31,995 nucleotides of DNA from contig JASFEA010000016.1 in NCBI GenBank assembly GCA_050125095.1, forward strand, positions 1 to 31,995, written 5' to 3'. The stretch is from a bacterium. GTDB lineage: Bacteria; Arandabacterota; Arandabacteria; Arandabacterales; JALGWA01. Numbering within the stretch: position 1 is the stretch's first letter; the number at the start of each line of letters is the position of its first letter. Under the pieces are notes generated by a model that was not told the DNA's origin, did no database searches, and saw only the letters and a list, made by a program, of their open reading frames with translations. The position numbers were made by a program, and so were the translations under genes. Below, in pieces: positions 18,342-27,449 of this stretch.

Positions 18342-18554
18342 CTATTCCCTTACCATTCGCATACCGCAGTAAGGGCAGGTCACCCGGTAACAGTGCACGC
18401 CGGCGGGATGCACGACTCTGGTGTTACACTTCGGGCAGATGCACGTCCCTGCCGGGCCCTTACCTTCTCTCGCGTCAGCCGGCCCATCGTCAGCGCCGCC
18501 GCGCCCTGCGCGTGGCCCACCGCCGGCGGGACCGGTTCCATCTCTCCCGGGCAA
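18342..18554 (-). CDS. Small MPGRDGTGP protein with a C-terminal Cys-rich, zinc-ribbon-like domain
   Basis: SD GAGGTG before TTG; CICPKC...H...C...CPYCG. Confidence 0.75.
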   Translation of the reverse strand: MPGRDGTGPAGGGPRAGRGGADDGPADAREGKGPAGTCICPKCNTRVVHPAGVHCYRVTCPYCGMRMVRE

Positions 18555-18580
18555 TTGAGCGTCACCTCATTCCGGGCCTG

Positions 18581-18847
18581 CTACCACCATCTGCCGCGGC
18601 CGCCTCTGCGTCCCCCGCCGCGGCCGCGCCCCCGCCGCGGCCACCTGAAGAACGGGATAGAGGGAAACCACGCGCCGGCATACGGCGTCCATCCGGCATA
18701 TCTGAAGCCGGGCTGGTAACGGGTTCCTCCGGTACCGACGCCCCCCCTGACTGCAGCCAGTTCGCCGACAGGCTTCACGCAGTATCCCATGCCCCTCCCG
18801 GTCATTGAGCCGAGTCCTCGCGGACCTGTTCCGTCAAAACCTGGCAT
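18581..18847 (-). CDS. DUF5320-like Gly/Arg-rich protein
   Basis: N-terminus MPGFDGTGPRGLGSMTGRGMGYC; RGG-rich tail; SD GGAGGAGG. Confidence 0.8.
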   Translation of the reverse strand: MPGFDGTGPRGLGSMTGRGMGYCVKPVGELAAVRGGVGTGGTRYQPGFRYAGWTPYAGAWFPSIPFFRWPRRGRGRGGGRRGGRGRWW

Positions 18848-18886
18848 TTACACTTCCTCCTCCACAGAATCACTTAAGCTGCCCGG

Positions 18887-19255
18887 TCACTCAGCGGATG
18901 ATGCTCCTTCGATCTCCGCAAGGCGGCTTCTTATGGCTTCGATCTGCTGCTCCATATAAGCCAGCTCGTTTTCCAGGAATGCTCTCTCATCCGCAGGCGC
19001 AGCTTCCTGGCCTGCCGGGTAGCCCCAGTACGGACCGGCCCCATACGGGTAGGCGGCCCTCCACATCCATCCGCGGCCACCGCCGAATGCGCGTCCGCGG
19101 CCGCCTCCCCAGGGCCTTCCGCCCCGGCCGACTCCATAGCCGACTCCCGGCCCGGACCTGTAAGGCACAGGCCCCGAACCCGGGGCGCAGAAACCGAAAC
19201 CACCACCCGTCCTGGGACCCATCCCCCACGGACCTGTTCCGTCAAAGCCTGGCAT
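18887..19255 (-). CDS. DUF5320-like protein with a C-terminal coiled coil
   Basis: MPGFDGTGPWGMGPRTGGGFGFC, RGG-rich middle, ERAFLENELAYMEQQIEAIRSRLAEIE heptads; SD GGAGGT. Confidence 0.85.
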   Translation of the reverse strand: MPGFDGTGPWGMGPRTGGGFGFCAPGSGPVPYRSGPGVGYGVGRGGRPWGGGRGRAFGGGRGWMWRAAYPYGAGPYWGYPAGQEAAPADERAFLENELAYMEQQIEAIRSRLAEIEGASSAE

Positions 19256-19350
19256 AATATACCTCCAGTCTACTGCGATAAGACCCGCGGCCTTCCCATA
19301 TGCGCCATGTGCCCTTTGTCTCTTACTCCCATATCCCCATCACACCCAAG

Positions 19351-19366
19351 AGCATAATTGGTGCCA
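19351..19366 (-). promoter_or_regulatory. sigma54 (-24/-12) promoter
   Basis: The minus strand reads TGGCAC-CAATT-ATGCT, an exact GG-N10-GC spacing, about 95 nt upstream of ATG 19255. Confidence 0.7.
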
Positions 19367-19403
19367 TGTTACCTACCGTCCAATCTCATTCTAATTTATT
19401 GCT

Positions 19404-19416
19404 TATCAATAGGTTG
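19404..19416 (+). promoter_or_regulatory. IHF-binding site
   Basis: TATCAA-TAGG-TTG matches WATCAA-N4-TTR, preceded by an AT-rich tract, just upstream of the sigma54 element. Confidence 0.6.
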
Positions 19417-19687
19417 CGGCGCCACCATGAGTGGAAGCAGCGGGAAGCCGAGCAAAGTACTGTTACAATATGGAACATACGTCCTAGTATGAAACGTGGT
19501 CTGATGCAATATGGGCCATCTGAGGCTGCCGGGTTGCGCCTCCTGCCGGACAGGCCCGGCCGGATTAAGAGCCCCGGGGCCCGCTCAAGAATAGGTTGAC
19601 GAAACGGGGGCCATACTCTCAGAATTCAGAAGACGCCCAATACACATTCCCGTTGGCTCCGGGGAGAAGCCAAGTGGTGAAAGCGAA

Positions 19688-21478
19688 GTGGTGAAAGTAA
19701 GAAGCGGACTGCCTGCCATACTCATCATCTTCTCCGTCTCAGTACTTGTGCGCCTGATCCTGCTGCTTGAGCTTAAGGGCACCGTCTATTTTGCGGCTCC
19801 CATAATGGACTCGGCCATCTATCATAATGCGGCGTCCTATTTCTCGAGCCACGGGCGCTTTGATGGCACGCTATTCATGATGAGTCCCGCTTACAAGGTG
19901 TTTCTTGCCGGGCTGTATTCGGTTGCGGGCCCGAGCCCGACGGCGGTGTATGCCGTACAGATCCTTCTGGGCTCTTTCAGCGCCGTACTTCTATATTCGA
20001 TAGCCGACAGGCTTTTCAACCGCACCACCGCCGTAATCGCCTGTGTTCTTTACCTGCTGTACGGGGGCCTCTCGGTATATAACCTGATGCTCCTGCCTCT
20101 CACCCTGATCGTATTCCTCAATCTGGCAGTGATACTGGCGCTGCTGGCCGCCCGGGAGAACGGGTCCGGATTCCTGTATGTGCTGGCGGGGGTGGCATTC
20201 GCGCTTTCGGTGATGGCCCGCCCGAATGTGCTGCTCTTTCTCGTGTTCCTTGTGCCCTGGTTCTACTCAGGACCGGGGGACGGCAGGACCAGGACTCTCA
20301 ATCTCGCTGTCTTCGCTCTCGGCCTTATGCTCGCACTGCTTCCCTTCAGCTTGCACCGCCACCGCACGGAAGGCCAATTGAGCCCTCTCACTTCTTCCAT
20401 GGGCATCAATCTCCACCTCGGGAACAACCCTGACGCCGACGGGATCCAGTACATCCCCTCCCCCGAGCTCAACAGCCCGGACAAGATATTCGAATACGCC
20501 AGGACAGCGGCCGAGTCTGAAACGGGCCGGGACATGGACCCGCAGGCCGTATCCAATTTCTGGATGAAAAGGGCGCTCGGGTTCATCTTCTCCCGGCCGG
20601 GCCAGTCCATACCCCTTTTCATAAGGAAGTTTCGCCTGTTCTGGAACGACCACGAGGTCTCCAACAACTACAACTACTACTTCCTGAGAGAGGCCCTTCC
20701 TGCGCTCAAACTCATGTTCGCGAGCTTCGCCCTGCTGGGCGCGCTCGGGCTCGTAGGCATGGCAACGGCCATACGCAGGTACCGGGACCTGCTTCTGATA
20801 TACGGGATGGTGTTGACTTACAATATCGTCCTGGTCGCCTTCTTCGTGCTTTCGAGATACCGGATGCCCGCTGTGCCCTTCCTGATACTGTTCGCGTCCA
20901 GGGCCGCATACGGCATCATCTCCGAGAGGAGGCATTTGAAAGCGGCCGTCATGGCCGCGGTCTTCGCCGTGCTCTTCCTGCTTCTAAACACGAACATAAT
21001 AGAGCAGGACTTCAGCACGGCATATGTGAACGAGGGGATCCTCTACCTGGAGAGAGGAGATCACCTGCGGGCGGAAGAGAGCTTCGGGGCCGCCATAGAG
21101 GCCGACCCGGGCGACGCTACGGCATATTACAACCTCGCGGTGACCAATCTTGAACTCAAGAAGTACGCGCCCGCCGAGGAGAACCTGAAGGAGGCCCTGA
21201 GGCTGGAACCCAGGTATCACAAGGCGCTCAACGGGCTCGCCGCCCTTTATACCAGGACAGAGAGGTATCCTGAAGCCGAAGACCTCTTCCTGAGGGTTCT
21301 CCACCTGAATCCCCGCGACGTGGACGCCATGAACAACCTCGGAGTCCTATACGGCAGAATGGGGGATTACAGTAAGGCCGAGCGGCTGTTCCAGAGCGTG
21401 CTGGCCATCGACCCGGACAACAGGGCCGCCCTTGATAACCTGGAGTACCTGGACCGGCTGATCAGGGGCGCTCCCTGA
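19688..21478 (+). CDS. GT-C/PMT-like (family 39/ArnT-like) membrane glycosyltransferase with C-terminal TPR repeats
   Basis: Many TM helices; MDSAIY, SPAY, ARPN, GNNP and RYRMP motifs; about four TPRs (AYYNLA, ALNGLA, AMNNLG). Confidence 0.8.
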   Translation: MVKVRSGLPAILIIFSVSVLVRLILLLELKGTVYFAAPIMDSAIYHNAASYFSSHGRFDGTLFMMSPAYKVFLAGLYSVAGPSPTAVYAVQILLGSFSAVLLYSIADRLFNRTTAVIACVLYLLYGGLSVYNLMLLPLTLIVFLNLAVILALLAARENGSGFLYVLAGVAFALSVMARPNVLLFLVFLVPWFYSGPGDGRTRTLNLAVFALGLMLALLPFSLHRHRTEGQLSPLTSSMGINLHLGNNPDADGIQYIPSPELNSPDKIFEYARTAAESETGRDMDPQAVSNFWMKRALGFIFSRPGQSIPLFIRKFRLFWNDHEVSNNYNYYFLREALPALKLMFASFALLGALGLVGMATAIRRYRDLLLIYGMVLTYNIVLVAFFVLSRYRMPAVPFLILFASRAAYGIISERRHLKAAVMAAVFAVLFLLLNTNIIEQDFSTAYVNEGILYLERGDHLRAEESFGAAIEADPGDATAYYNLAVTNLELKKYAPAEENLKEALRLEPRYHKALNGLAALYTRTERYPEAEDLFLRVLHLNPRDVDAMNNLGVLYGRMGDYSKAERLFQSVLAIDPDNRAALDNLEYLDRLIRGAP

Positions 21479-21566
21479 CAACGATAGGCCGCTCATGACG
21501 CTGCGATTCCTCTTCGCCGCCTCCTCACGGGCGCTTCCTCCGGGGCGCTTCCCCCGCGATGTTTCC

Positions 21567-21941
21567 TCACGGGACGTCGAGCCTGTCGTATTCGTCCTTG
21601 GTTATCTCGGCCCTCACCTTGCCGGTATGGGCTATTCCAGCCGGCTCGAACAGCATCAGCTTCACATGCCCCAGGGGGACCACGCGGTGCTCTCTTCCCG
21701 CGGGCACTATGCAGAACTCGCCGGCCCCGAGGGTCACTTTCTTTTCCCTGTCAATGACGTCGAGCGTGCCGTCCAGAACCAGGAACATCTCGTCTTCTCT
21801 ATCATGCGTATGCCAGGGGACCTTGTCGCCTTCCAGCCGGACGAGCTTCACATGCTGCCCGTTGAGCTCGCCGACTATCTTCGGCGAGAAGGTATCATTG
21901 AAGCGATCGAAGCAGCGCTCGATATTGACTACTTTCGCCAT
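21567..21941 (-). CDS. Cupin-domain protein
   Basis: WHTHDREDEMFLVLDG and VPAGREHR cupin motifs; SD GAGGAGG. Confidence 0.88.
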   Translation of the reverse strand: MAKVVNIERCFDRFNDTFSPKIVGELNGQHVKLVRLEGDKVPWHTHDREDEMFLVLDGTLDVIDREKKVTLGAGEFCIVPAGREHRVVPLGHVKLMLFEPAGIAHTGKVRAEITKDEYDRLDVP

Positions 21942-22243
21942 AGGTCCGTCCTCCTCGCAATTACCCGGGATGACCTCCCGGCGTCACAGGGGGCTTTTAC
22001 TCGCAGGCTATAGACTACAGGGGCTCCTGATTGCAGGCTACAACATCGAGAGGCAACTCCGCAATCCCATTCCGACAGGGTCTTGACAGGTGGGTCAAAA
22101 TTATGTAGCTAGCTACTAGATTTTTTCACATTTTCGGGAACCTGAATCTCCCGATCCCATTAAATAATCTGGATGGAACAGGCGGCCGGTTTCGGTTCCG
22201 GCCCCGGTGCGAATTGGACGGCAACCCCATGAGGAGGATAGCC

Positions 22244-23617
22244 ATGCTGAAGGGACATAGAGACAGCTTTGCCGCTTCTCTTCTGATTCTGTGCGCCGCT
22301 CTGGTCCTGCTGCTCGCGGGACTCCAGACAGCATGTGCCCAGAGGCAGGTCGTCGTAAGGCGCGCCGGCGGCGGCGACCCTATCGACGAGGCGGCAAAGG
22401 CGGCGGTCGTGGACAGCCTCACGAACGCTCTGGACGACATATATGTCTTTCCGGACATAGCCCAGAAGATGGTGAAGACCATCAAGAGCAATCTCAGAAA
22501 GGGCAGGTACAAAGATGCTGCCACGGGCGGCGAGTTCGCCGGGATGCTCACCGAGGACATGTTCGAGATCGCCCATGACAGGCATCTGCATATCGACTAT
22601 ATGCCCGAGCCCCCCCGTTTCGCCTTCCGGGACACGCTGACCGAGGAAGATGAACAGGGCATTTTCGATATCCTTGCCGCCGACAACTTCGGGTTCTACC
22701 GGCTTGAGCGCCTCCCCGGGAATATAGGCTATCTCGATCTCAGGGGATTCAACGACACCAGATGGGCCGGACGGACGGCCGTCGCCGCCATGAACTTCCT
22801 GGCCTACTGCGACGCTATCATAATCGACCTCAGGCGGAACGGCGGAGGCAGCCCGAGCATGATCCAGCTCATATCGAGCTATTTCTTCGATGACCCCGTG
22901 CACCTTAACGACTTCTACATCCGGGCCACCGATAAGACCAAGCAGTTCTGGAGCCAGACCTATGTCGAGGGGCCCAAGATGGCCGACACAGACCTCTACA
23001 TACTCACAAGCTCGTACACCTTTTCGGCCGCCGAGGAGTTCACCTACAACATGAAGAACCTCGAGCGGGCCACCATAATCGGTGAAACCACCGGCGGCGG
23101 GGCGCATCCGGTGGAGCTCCATGCATGGCCGGACCTCAAGATGAGCCTCAGCGTGCCATTCGGCCGCGCTGTGAATCCGATCTCCGGTACCAACTGGGAG
23201 GGGACCGGAATCGAGCCCCATATCCAGGTGCCGGAAGGTGAGGCCCTTGAAGTGGCGCATCTGACGGCCCTGGAGAAACTCGCCGAAAAAGCCGGGGAAG
23301 GGCCCGAGCAGGCCCAGCTCCTGTGGGACATCGACAGGCTCAAGGCCATGACGAACCAGGTGGAAATCGATACGGACACCATGCGGAAGTACGCCGGAAA
23401 CTACGGGGCCAGGAAACTCACGCTCGAGAACGGCGCCCTGTACTACCAGAGGAACCAGGGCCCGAAGATGAAGATGATCCCCATGACCGGTACGACCTTC
23501 ATGTTCGAGGAGATCGACGGCTTCAAGCTTGAGATAGAACTCAACGGCGCAGGCAATCCGGTTGCGGCGCTCGGCCACTACCGCGAAGGGCGGATAGACA
23601 GGACCGACAGGGACTGA
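22244..23617 (+). CDS. Secreted S41-family serine peptidase (IRBP-like)
   Basis: DRHL, GNIGYLDL, IIDLRRNGGG, TFSAAEEF, IIGETTGGGA and WEGTGIEP motifs; signal peptide; ATG 22244 after GAGGAGG. Confidence 0.9.
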   Translation: MLKGHRDSFAASLLILCAALVLLLAGLQTACAQRQVVVRRAGGGDPIDEAAKAAVVDSLTNALDDIYVFPDIAQKMVKTIKSNLRKGRYKDAATGGEFAGMLTEDMFEIAHDRHLHIDYMPEPPRFAFRDTLTEEDEQGIFDILAADNFGFYRLERLPGNIGYLDLRGFNDTRWAGRTAVAAMNFLAYCDAIIIDLRRNGGGSPSMIQLISSYFFDDPVHLNDFYIRATDKTKQFWSQTYVEGPKMADTDLYILTSSYTFSAAEEFTYNMKNLERATIIGETTGGGAHPVELHAWPDLKMSLSVPFGRAVNPISGTNWEGTGIEPHIQVPEGEALEVAHLTALEKLAEKAGEGPEQAQLLWDIDRLKAMTNQVEIDTDTMRKYAGNYGARKLTLENGALYYQRNQGPKMKMIPMTGTTFMFEEIDGFKLEIELNGAGNPVAALGHYREGRIDRTDRD

Positions 23618-23642
23618 ACAAGACAGGGATTGAACATAACAT

Positions 23643-23686
23643 AAAGGCCCGGGCCCCGCTGAATCCATCTTGAGGCCCGGGCGTTT
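23643..23686 (+). terminator. Inverted repeat after the S41 gene (possible terminator)
   Basis: GCCCGGGCC...GGCCCGGGC arms flanked by AAA and TTT; the loop is long, so the call is weak. Confidence 0.3.
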
Positions 23687-23698
23687 AATTGATAGAAT
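23670..23698 (+). promoter_or_regulatory. Candidate sigma70-type promoter
   Basis: TTGAGG-N17-TAGAAT with an extended TGn motif, upstream of ATG 23759. Confidence 0.5.
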
Positions 23699-23758
23699 AC
23701 AGAGGCAAGAAGTAACCCCCTGTCGCCCTATCACTTGATTCTGAACGGGAGGTGGCCT

Positions 23759-24685
23759 ATGTCCAGGCTTGTTGTCGTTCTCCTGGCTATCTTGCTGATA
23801 GCCTCGTCCTCACTTGCTGATACACCCGAGGCCCATGAGGGCCCCTACCTGGGAAAGAAACCTCCGGGCATGACGCCCCTCGTGTTCGCGCCCGGCTTCG
23901 TCTCTACCGACGAACACGAGTTCGCCCCCTCCTTCTCTCCCGACGGCAGCGAGTTCTACTTCACAAGAGGCGTGGGTGAGTACCGCAGGAAATCCGTAAT
24001 GGTAACAAGGCAGGAAGAAGGCGTTTGGTCCGAGCCCGACAGGGCACTTTCATTCGACGCCGAGCATTTCGAGGCCCGGGTGCACCCTGACGGAAAGAAG
24101 ATATTCTTCATGGGCTTTCATGTCGTGCCTGAAGAAGAGAGGCCGGACCTGGACATGTTCTTCGCCGAACGGGCGGGGGAAGGCTGGGGAGAAGCGACAC
24201 ACCTTGGCGCACCCTTCAATCCGGCGGCCTCAATGTATGTGTCGTTTGAGAATAACGGAACCCTTTACACGACCGGCGTCACCCAGGAAGGTATTGTGAA
24301 ATCGAGGTTCGAAGACGGCCGCTTCTCCGAATACGAGCTCGTGGGTCCGCCCATCAGTACCGATGGCGCCTATCAGATGTACCCCTTCATTGCTCCCGAT
24401 GGATCCTATCTCATATTCAACGAGATGGGTGGAACCCGCAGCGGCGAGAGCTCCCTGATTGTATCTTTCCGGCAGGACGACGGCTCGTGGACCGAACCCG
24501 AGGAGATCCCGCTTGGAATGCGGGCCGGAACCGCCGCGGTATCACCTGACGGCAAGTATCTCTTTTTCACAGCCGGCAGGCCCGGGGACATATACTGGGT
24601 GGACGCCGATATCTTCAAGAACCTTCGCAAGACCGCGGAGGAGAAGTCGGATGCAGATGCGAGGTCGGATGCAGGTGCGAGGTAA
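23759..24685 (+). CDS. Secreted PD40/TolB-like beta-propeller protein
   Basis: Signal peptide; GPYLGKKPPG...FAPG; repeated FSPDG, VHPDG, IAPDG and VSPDG motifs; SD GGAGGT. Confidence 0.85.
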   Translation: MSRLVVVLLAILLIASSSLADTPEAHEGPYLGKKPPGMTPLVFAPGFVSTDEHEFAPSFSPDGSEFYFTRGVGEYRRKSVMVTRQEEGVWSEPDRALSFDAEHFEARVHPDGKKIFFMGFHVVPEEERPDLDMFFAERAGEGWGEATHLGAPFNPAASMYVSFENNGTLYTTGVTQEGIVKSRFEDGRFSEYELVGPPISTDGAYQMYPFIAPDGSYLIFNEMGGTRSGESSLIVSFRQDDGSWTEPEEIPLGMRAGTAAVSPDGKYLFFTAGRPGDIYWVDADIFKNLRKTAEEKSDADARSDAGAR

Positions 24686-24709
24686 GATGAGAAATAAGGG
24701 AGGCTCGAC

Positions 24710-24997
24710 ATGCCGGCTTACATGATAGCCAGGATAAACGTGACAGACCCCGAGCGGTACAAGAAGTACATGGCCCAGACCCCCGGGATCATAGAGAAGT
24801 TCGGCGGCAAATTCGTCGTCCGGGGCGGGGAAACGGTGTCGCTCGAGGGGCCTGAAGAGACGCGCAGGATAGCCGTGGTCGAGTTCCCGGCGCTTGACAG
24901 TATCCGCGCCTTCTACACGTCGCCCGAATACCGGGCCGCCATGAAGCTCCGCGAGGGCGCGGCCGAGCTCGAGCTATTGGGAGTTGAGGGAATCTAG
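24710..24997 (+). CDS. DUF1330-family protein
   Basis: FGGKFVVRGG, VVEFP and FYTSPEY motifs; SD GGGAGG. Confidence 0.88.
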   Translation: MPAYMIARINVTDPERYKKYMAQTPGIIEKFGGKFVVRGGETVSLEGPEETRRIAVVEFPALDSIRAFYTSPEYRAAMKLREGAAELELLGVEGI

Positions 24998-25046
24998 CGA
25001 CCGCGGCCTTGCCGGACGCTTTCCTTGAATTCACGCTGCAGGCTGC

Positions 25047-26558
25047 TTACTGCGCGCTGACGGTGCGCTCCTTCGCCCAGTCGCGAAGCCAGGAGATGTA
25101 CTCGGCGCGAACGACCGAAAGCGGTGTGGTCTTCCCCGCTTCCTCGAGGAGGACTTCAGTTGAGAGTGACGCGCTGGCGGAGAAGGTGGTGTAAAGCGAG
25201 GATACCACGACCTGCTCGATTTCTGCGCCCGTGAAACCTTCCGTGGCCGCCGCCAGGACGCCGAGGTCGAAATCGGCCGGGTCATGCCCCCTGAGATTAA
25301 GATGTATGCGGAATATCTCCGCCCGCGTCTCCGAATCCGGGATATCCACGAAGAAGATCTCGTCGAAACGTCCCTTCCGCAGAAGCTCGGGCGGGAGCTT
25401 GCTTATGTCATTGGCCGTGGCCGCTACGAAAACACTTCCCTTCCTGTCCTGAAGCCAAGAGAGAAACATTCCCAGCACACGCGTGGACACGCCCCCGTCG
25501 TCTCCCTTCTCCGACGCGAACGCCTTTTCGATCTCGTCTATCCAGAGCACGACGGGCGACAGCCGTTCGGCCGTCTCCATGGCGCGCCGGAAGTTCTTCT
25601 CGCTCTCGCCGATATACTTATTGTAGAGACGCGACGAGTCCATCTTGAGCAGAGGCAAACCCCATTCCATGGCCACGGCCTTGGCGCAGAGGCTCTTGCC
25701 CGAGCCGGGAACGCCCAGGAGCAATATGCCCTTGGGAAAAGTGAGCCCCGCCCGGGCGGCGCCCTCCGGGTCGGTGATGATGTTCCTGCGCTTGTCGAGC
25801 CAGGTCTTGAGACTCACGAGGTCTGCGATGTCCCGCATGCCCCTGTCCACGGGCGTGAACTCCAGCAGGCCCTCGCGCTCGATGATGGCCTTTTTCTCCT
25901 TAACGACAAGTCCTATGTCCTCGGCGCTGAGCCGGCCGTCTTCGACAATGGCCTTGGTGAGAACCTTCTCGGCCTCCGTTAGCGTGAGCCCCTGGAGGTT
26001 GTTGAGAAGTCGGTTCATGTCCTCATCGCTCATCACTATTTTCGGATGCGACCTCTCTTCAAGATCGCGCAGCACGCCCTGGAGGAGCTCTTCGAACTCC
26101 TCGCGCCCCGGCGTCGGGAGCGATACGACGGCCGAATGGGATTTGACGGCATCGGGAATGGCCACCTCATTGCCGGTGACGATGACCGCTCCCCTGCGCT
26201 CGGTGAAGCAGCGCACCACGTCAACGAACTTGCTCGCCACCACGGGATCCTTGAGGAAAGGTCCCAGGCCCTCAAAATGGTAGAGCGCGGCGAATCGGGA
26301 TGAGAGAACATGATCGAGAGCGGTCTTGGGGCTGCCCGACTGGTAGACGGGCTTATCGAGATCGAATCGCCTCAGGCCGCCGTTCAGGGTCCATGTGAAA
26401 AGCGGCAGGTCGAGCGAGTCCCCGAGATACCAGAGAAGGCTCTCCATCTGTTCCCTCTCCACGGTCTGGACCCAGATGAGTCCATACCGCGAGCGGATGA
26501 GCAGACTGAGTTCCCCCAGGAAATGATCCTGCTTCGGTGTTCTATGCCCCAGCCTCAT
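25047..26558 (-). CDS. AAA ATPase, Ycf46-like
   Basis: Walker A GVPGSGKS, Walker [25 protein letters not shown]; degenerate N-terminal AAA-like region; C-terminal LRDWAKER. Confidence 0.88.
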   Translation of the reverse strand: MRLGHRTPKQDHFLGELSLLIRSRYGLIWVQTVEREQMESLLWYLGDSLDLPLFTWTLNGGLRRFDLDKPVYQSGSPKTALDHVLSSRFAALYHFEGLGPFLKDPVVASKFVDVVRCFTERRGAVIVTGNEVAIPDAVKSHSAVVSLPTPGREEFEELLQGVLRDLEERSHPKIVMSDEDMNRLLNNLQGLTLTEAEKVLTKAIVEDGRLSAEDIGLVVKEKKAIIEREGLLEFTPVDRGMRDIADLVSLKTWLDKRRNIITDPEGAARAGLTFPKGILLLGVPGSGKSLCAKAVAMEWGLPLLKMDSSRLYNKYIGESEKNFRRAMETAERLSPVVLWIDEIEKAFASEKGDDGGVSTRVLGMFLSWLQDRKGSVFVAATANDISKLPPELLRKGRFDEIFFVDIPDSETRAEIFRIHLNLRGHDPADFDLGVLAAATEGFTGAEIEQVVVSSLYTTFSASASLSTEVLLEEAGKTTPLSVVRAEYISWLRDWAKERTVSAQ

Positions 26559-26687
26559 AACACTTAAATATCGGCAGGACGGGATTGCGGCATGAGATTA
26601 TGGTGAAAGGGGAAGGCGCTGACCGACGCTCCGGCAGCACACCCGCGGCAGCGGGCGATTCGCGCGGGCGTTCGCCGGCAGGCGGAG

Positions 26688-27449
26688 CTAGATTCTCTCG
26701 ATGTCCGTGTCCCTGAGCCAGCCGACCTCGCCCGTGGGAAGCTCCACCTCAACCCACATGGCGCTTCTCGACTTGAGCCTGACCTCCACGCCGTCGCGAA
26801 GAGTCGCAATGCGCTCGAAGGCGTTGCCCGGGCCCGAACGCAGGTCCACTTCCTCGTTTATGACGACGGCTCCGGAGGAATCGCGGAACCGCGACTGGGC
26901 GTGGTTGGAGAGACTCAGCGAGACGACGGCAATGACGGCGAACGCAACAAGGGCATAGAGGCTCACGCGCCTCGTGCTGCCTCTCAAGAAGAGAAGGCCC
27001 AGAAAGGCGAGCGCGGCTAGATAATAAGCCGCATAGAAGAGCGCCTGCACTTCTTTCGGGGAAAGCCACTTAAGGGGAACGTCCGCCGGGCTTTCGGTCC
27101 CAAGGGCCGCCAGCGTATCCCTTGTGCCAACCATCGTCCGTACGAACTCGAGATTGGCCCTGGTGTCCTCATCGCGGGGGTTGAGCATCTGGGCGCGGCG
27201 GTAATTGGCGACAGCCCTGCCCAGCGAACCCAGGCGGTAATTGGCATTGCCTAGATTGTAATAGAGAGCGGCGTTCTCGATGCCACCATGGCCGGCCGCC
27301 TGGAAAGCGTTGAGGGCGGAGACGAAATCGCCGGCTTCATAGAGGTCGCAACCCCGGGTGAAGAGCGAGTCCGGAGACTGAGCCGATGCCGCGACGCCGG
27401 TCAGAGCGATCAACAAAATCCCTGCGAATATGCCAGCGACCTGTCTCAC
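26688..27449 (-). CDS. batE: BatE-like TPR + SH3 protein
   Basis: YYNLGNANYRLG TPR, two TM helices, C-terminal LRSGPG...GWL SH3b domain. Start probably GTG 27449 (GTGA overlap with batD); the ORF track gives 27458. Confidence 0.82.
   Translation of the reverse strand: MRQVAGIFAGILLIALTGVAASAQSPDSLFTRGCDLYEAGDFVSALNAFQAAGHGGIENAALYYNLGNANYRLGSLGRAVANYRRAQMLNPRDEDTRANLEFVRTMVGTRDTLAALGTESPADVPLKWLSPKEVQALFYAAYYLAALAFLGLLFLRGSTRRVSLYALVAFAVIAVVSLSLSNHAQSRFRDSSGAVVINEEVDLRSGPGNAFERIATLRDGVEVRLKSRSAMWVEVELPTGEVGWLRDTDIERI

Noticed and set aside
22160-23734. Long antisense ORFs (524 aa here; also 5597-7087, 9399-10835, 15790-16845, 16930-18078)
   Set aside because: They lie opposite well-supported genes, lack motifs, and are expected from high-GC codon bias.
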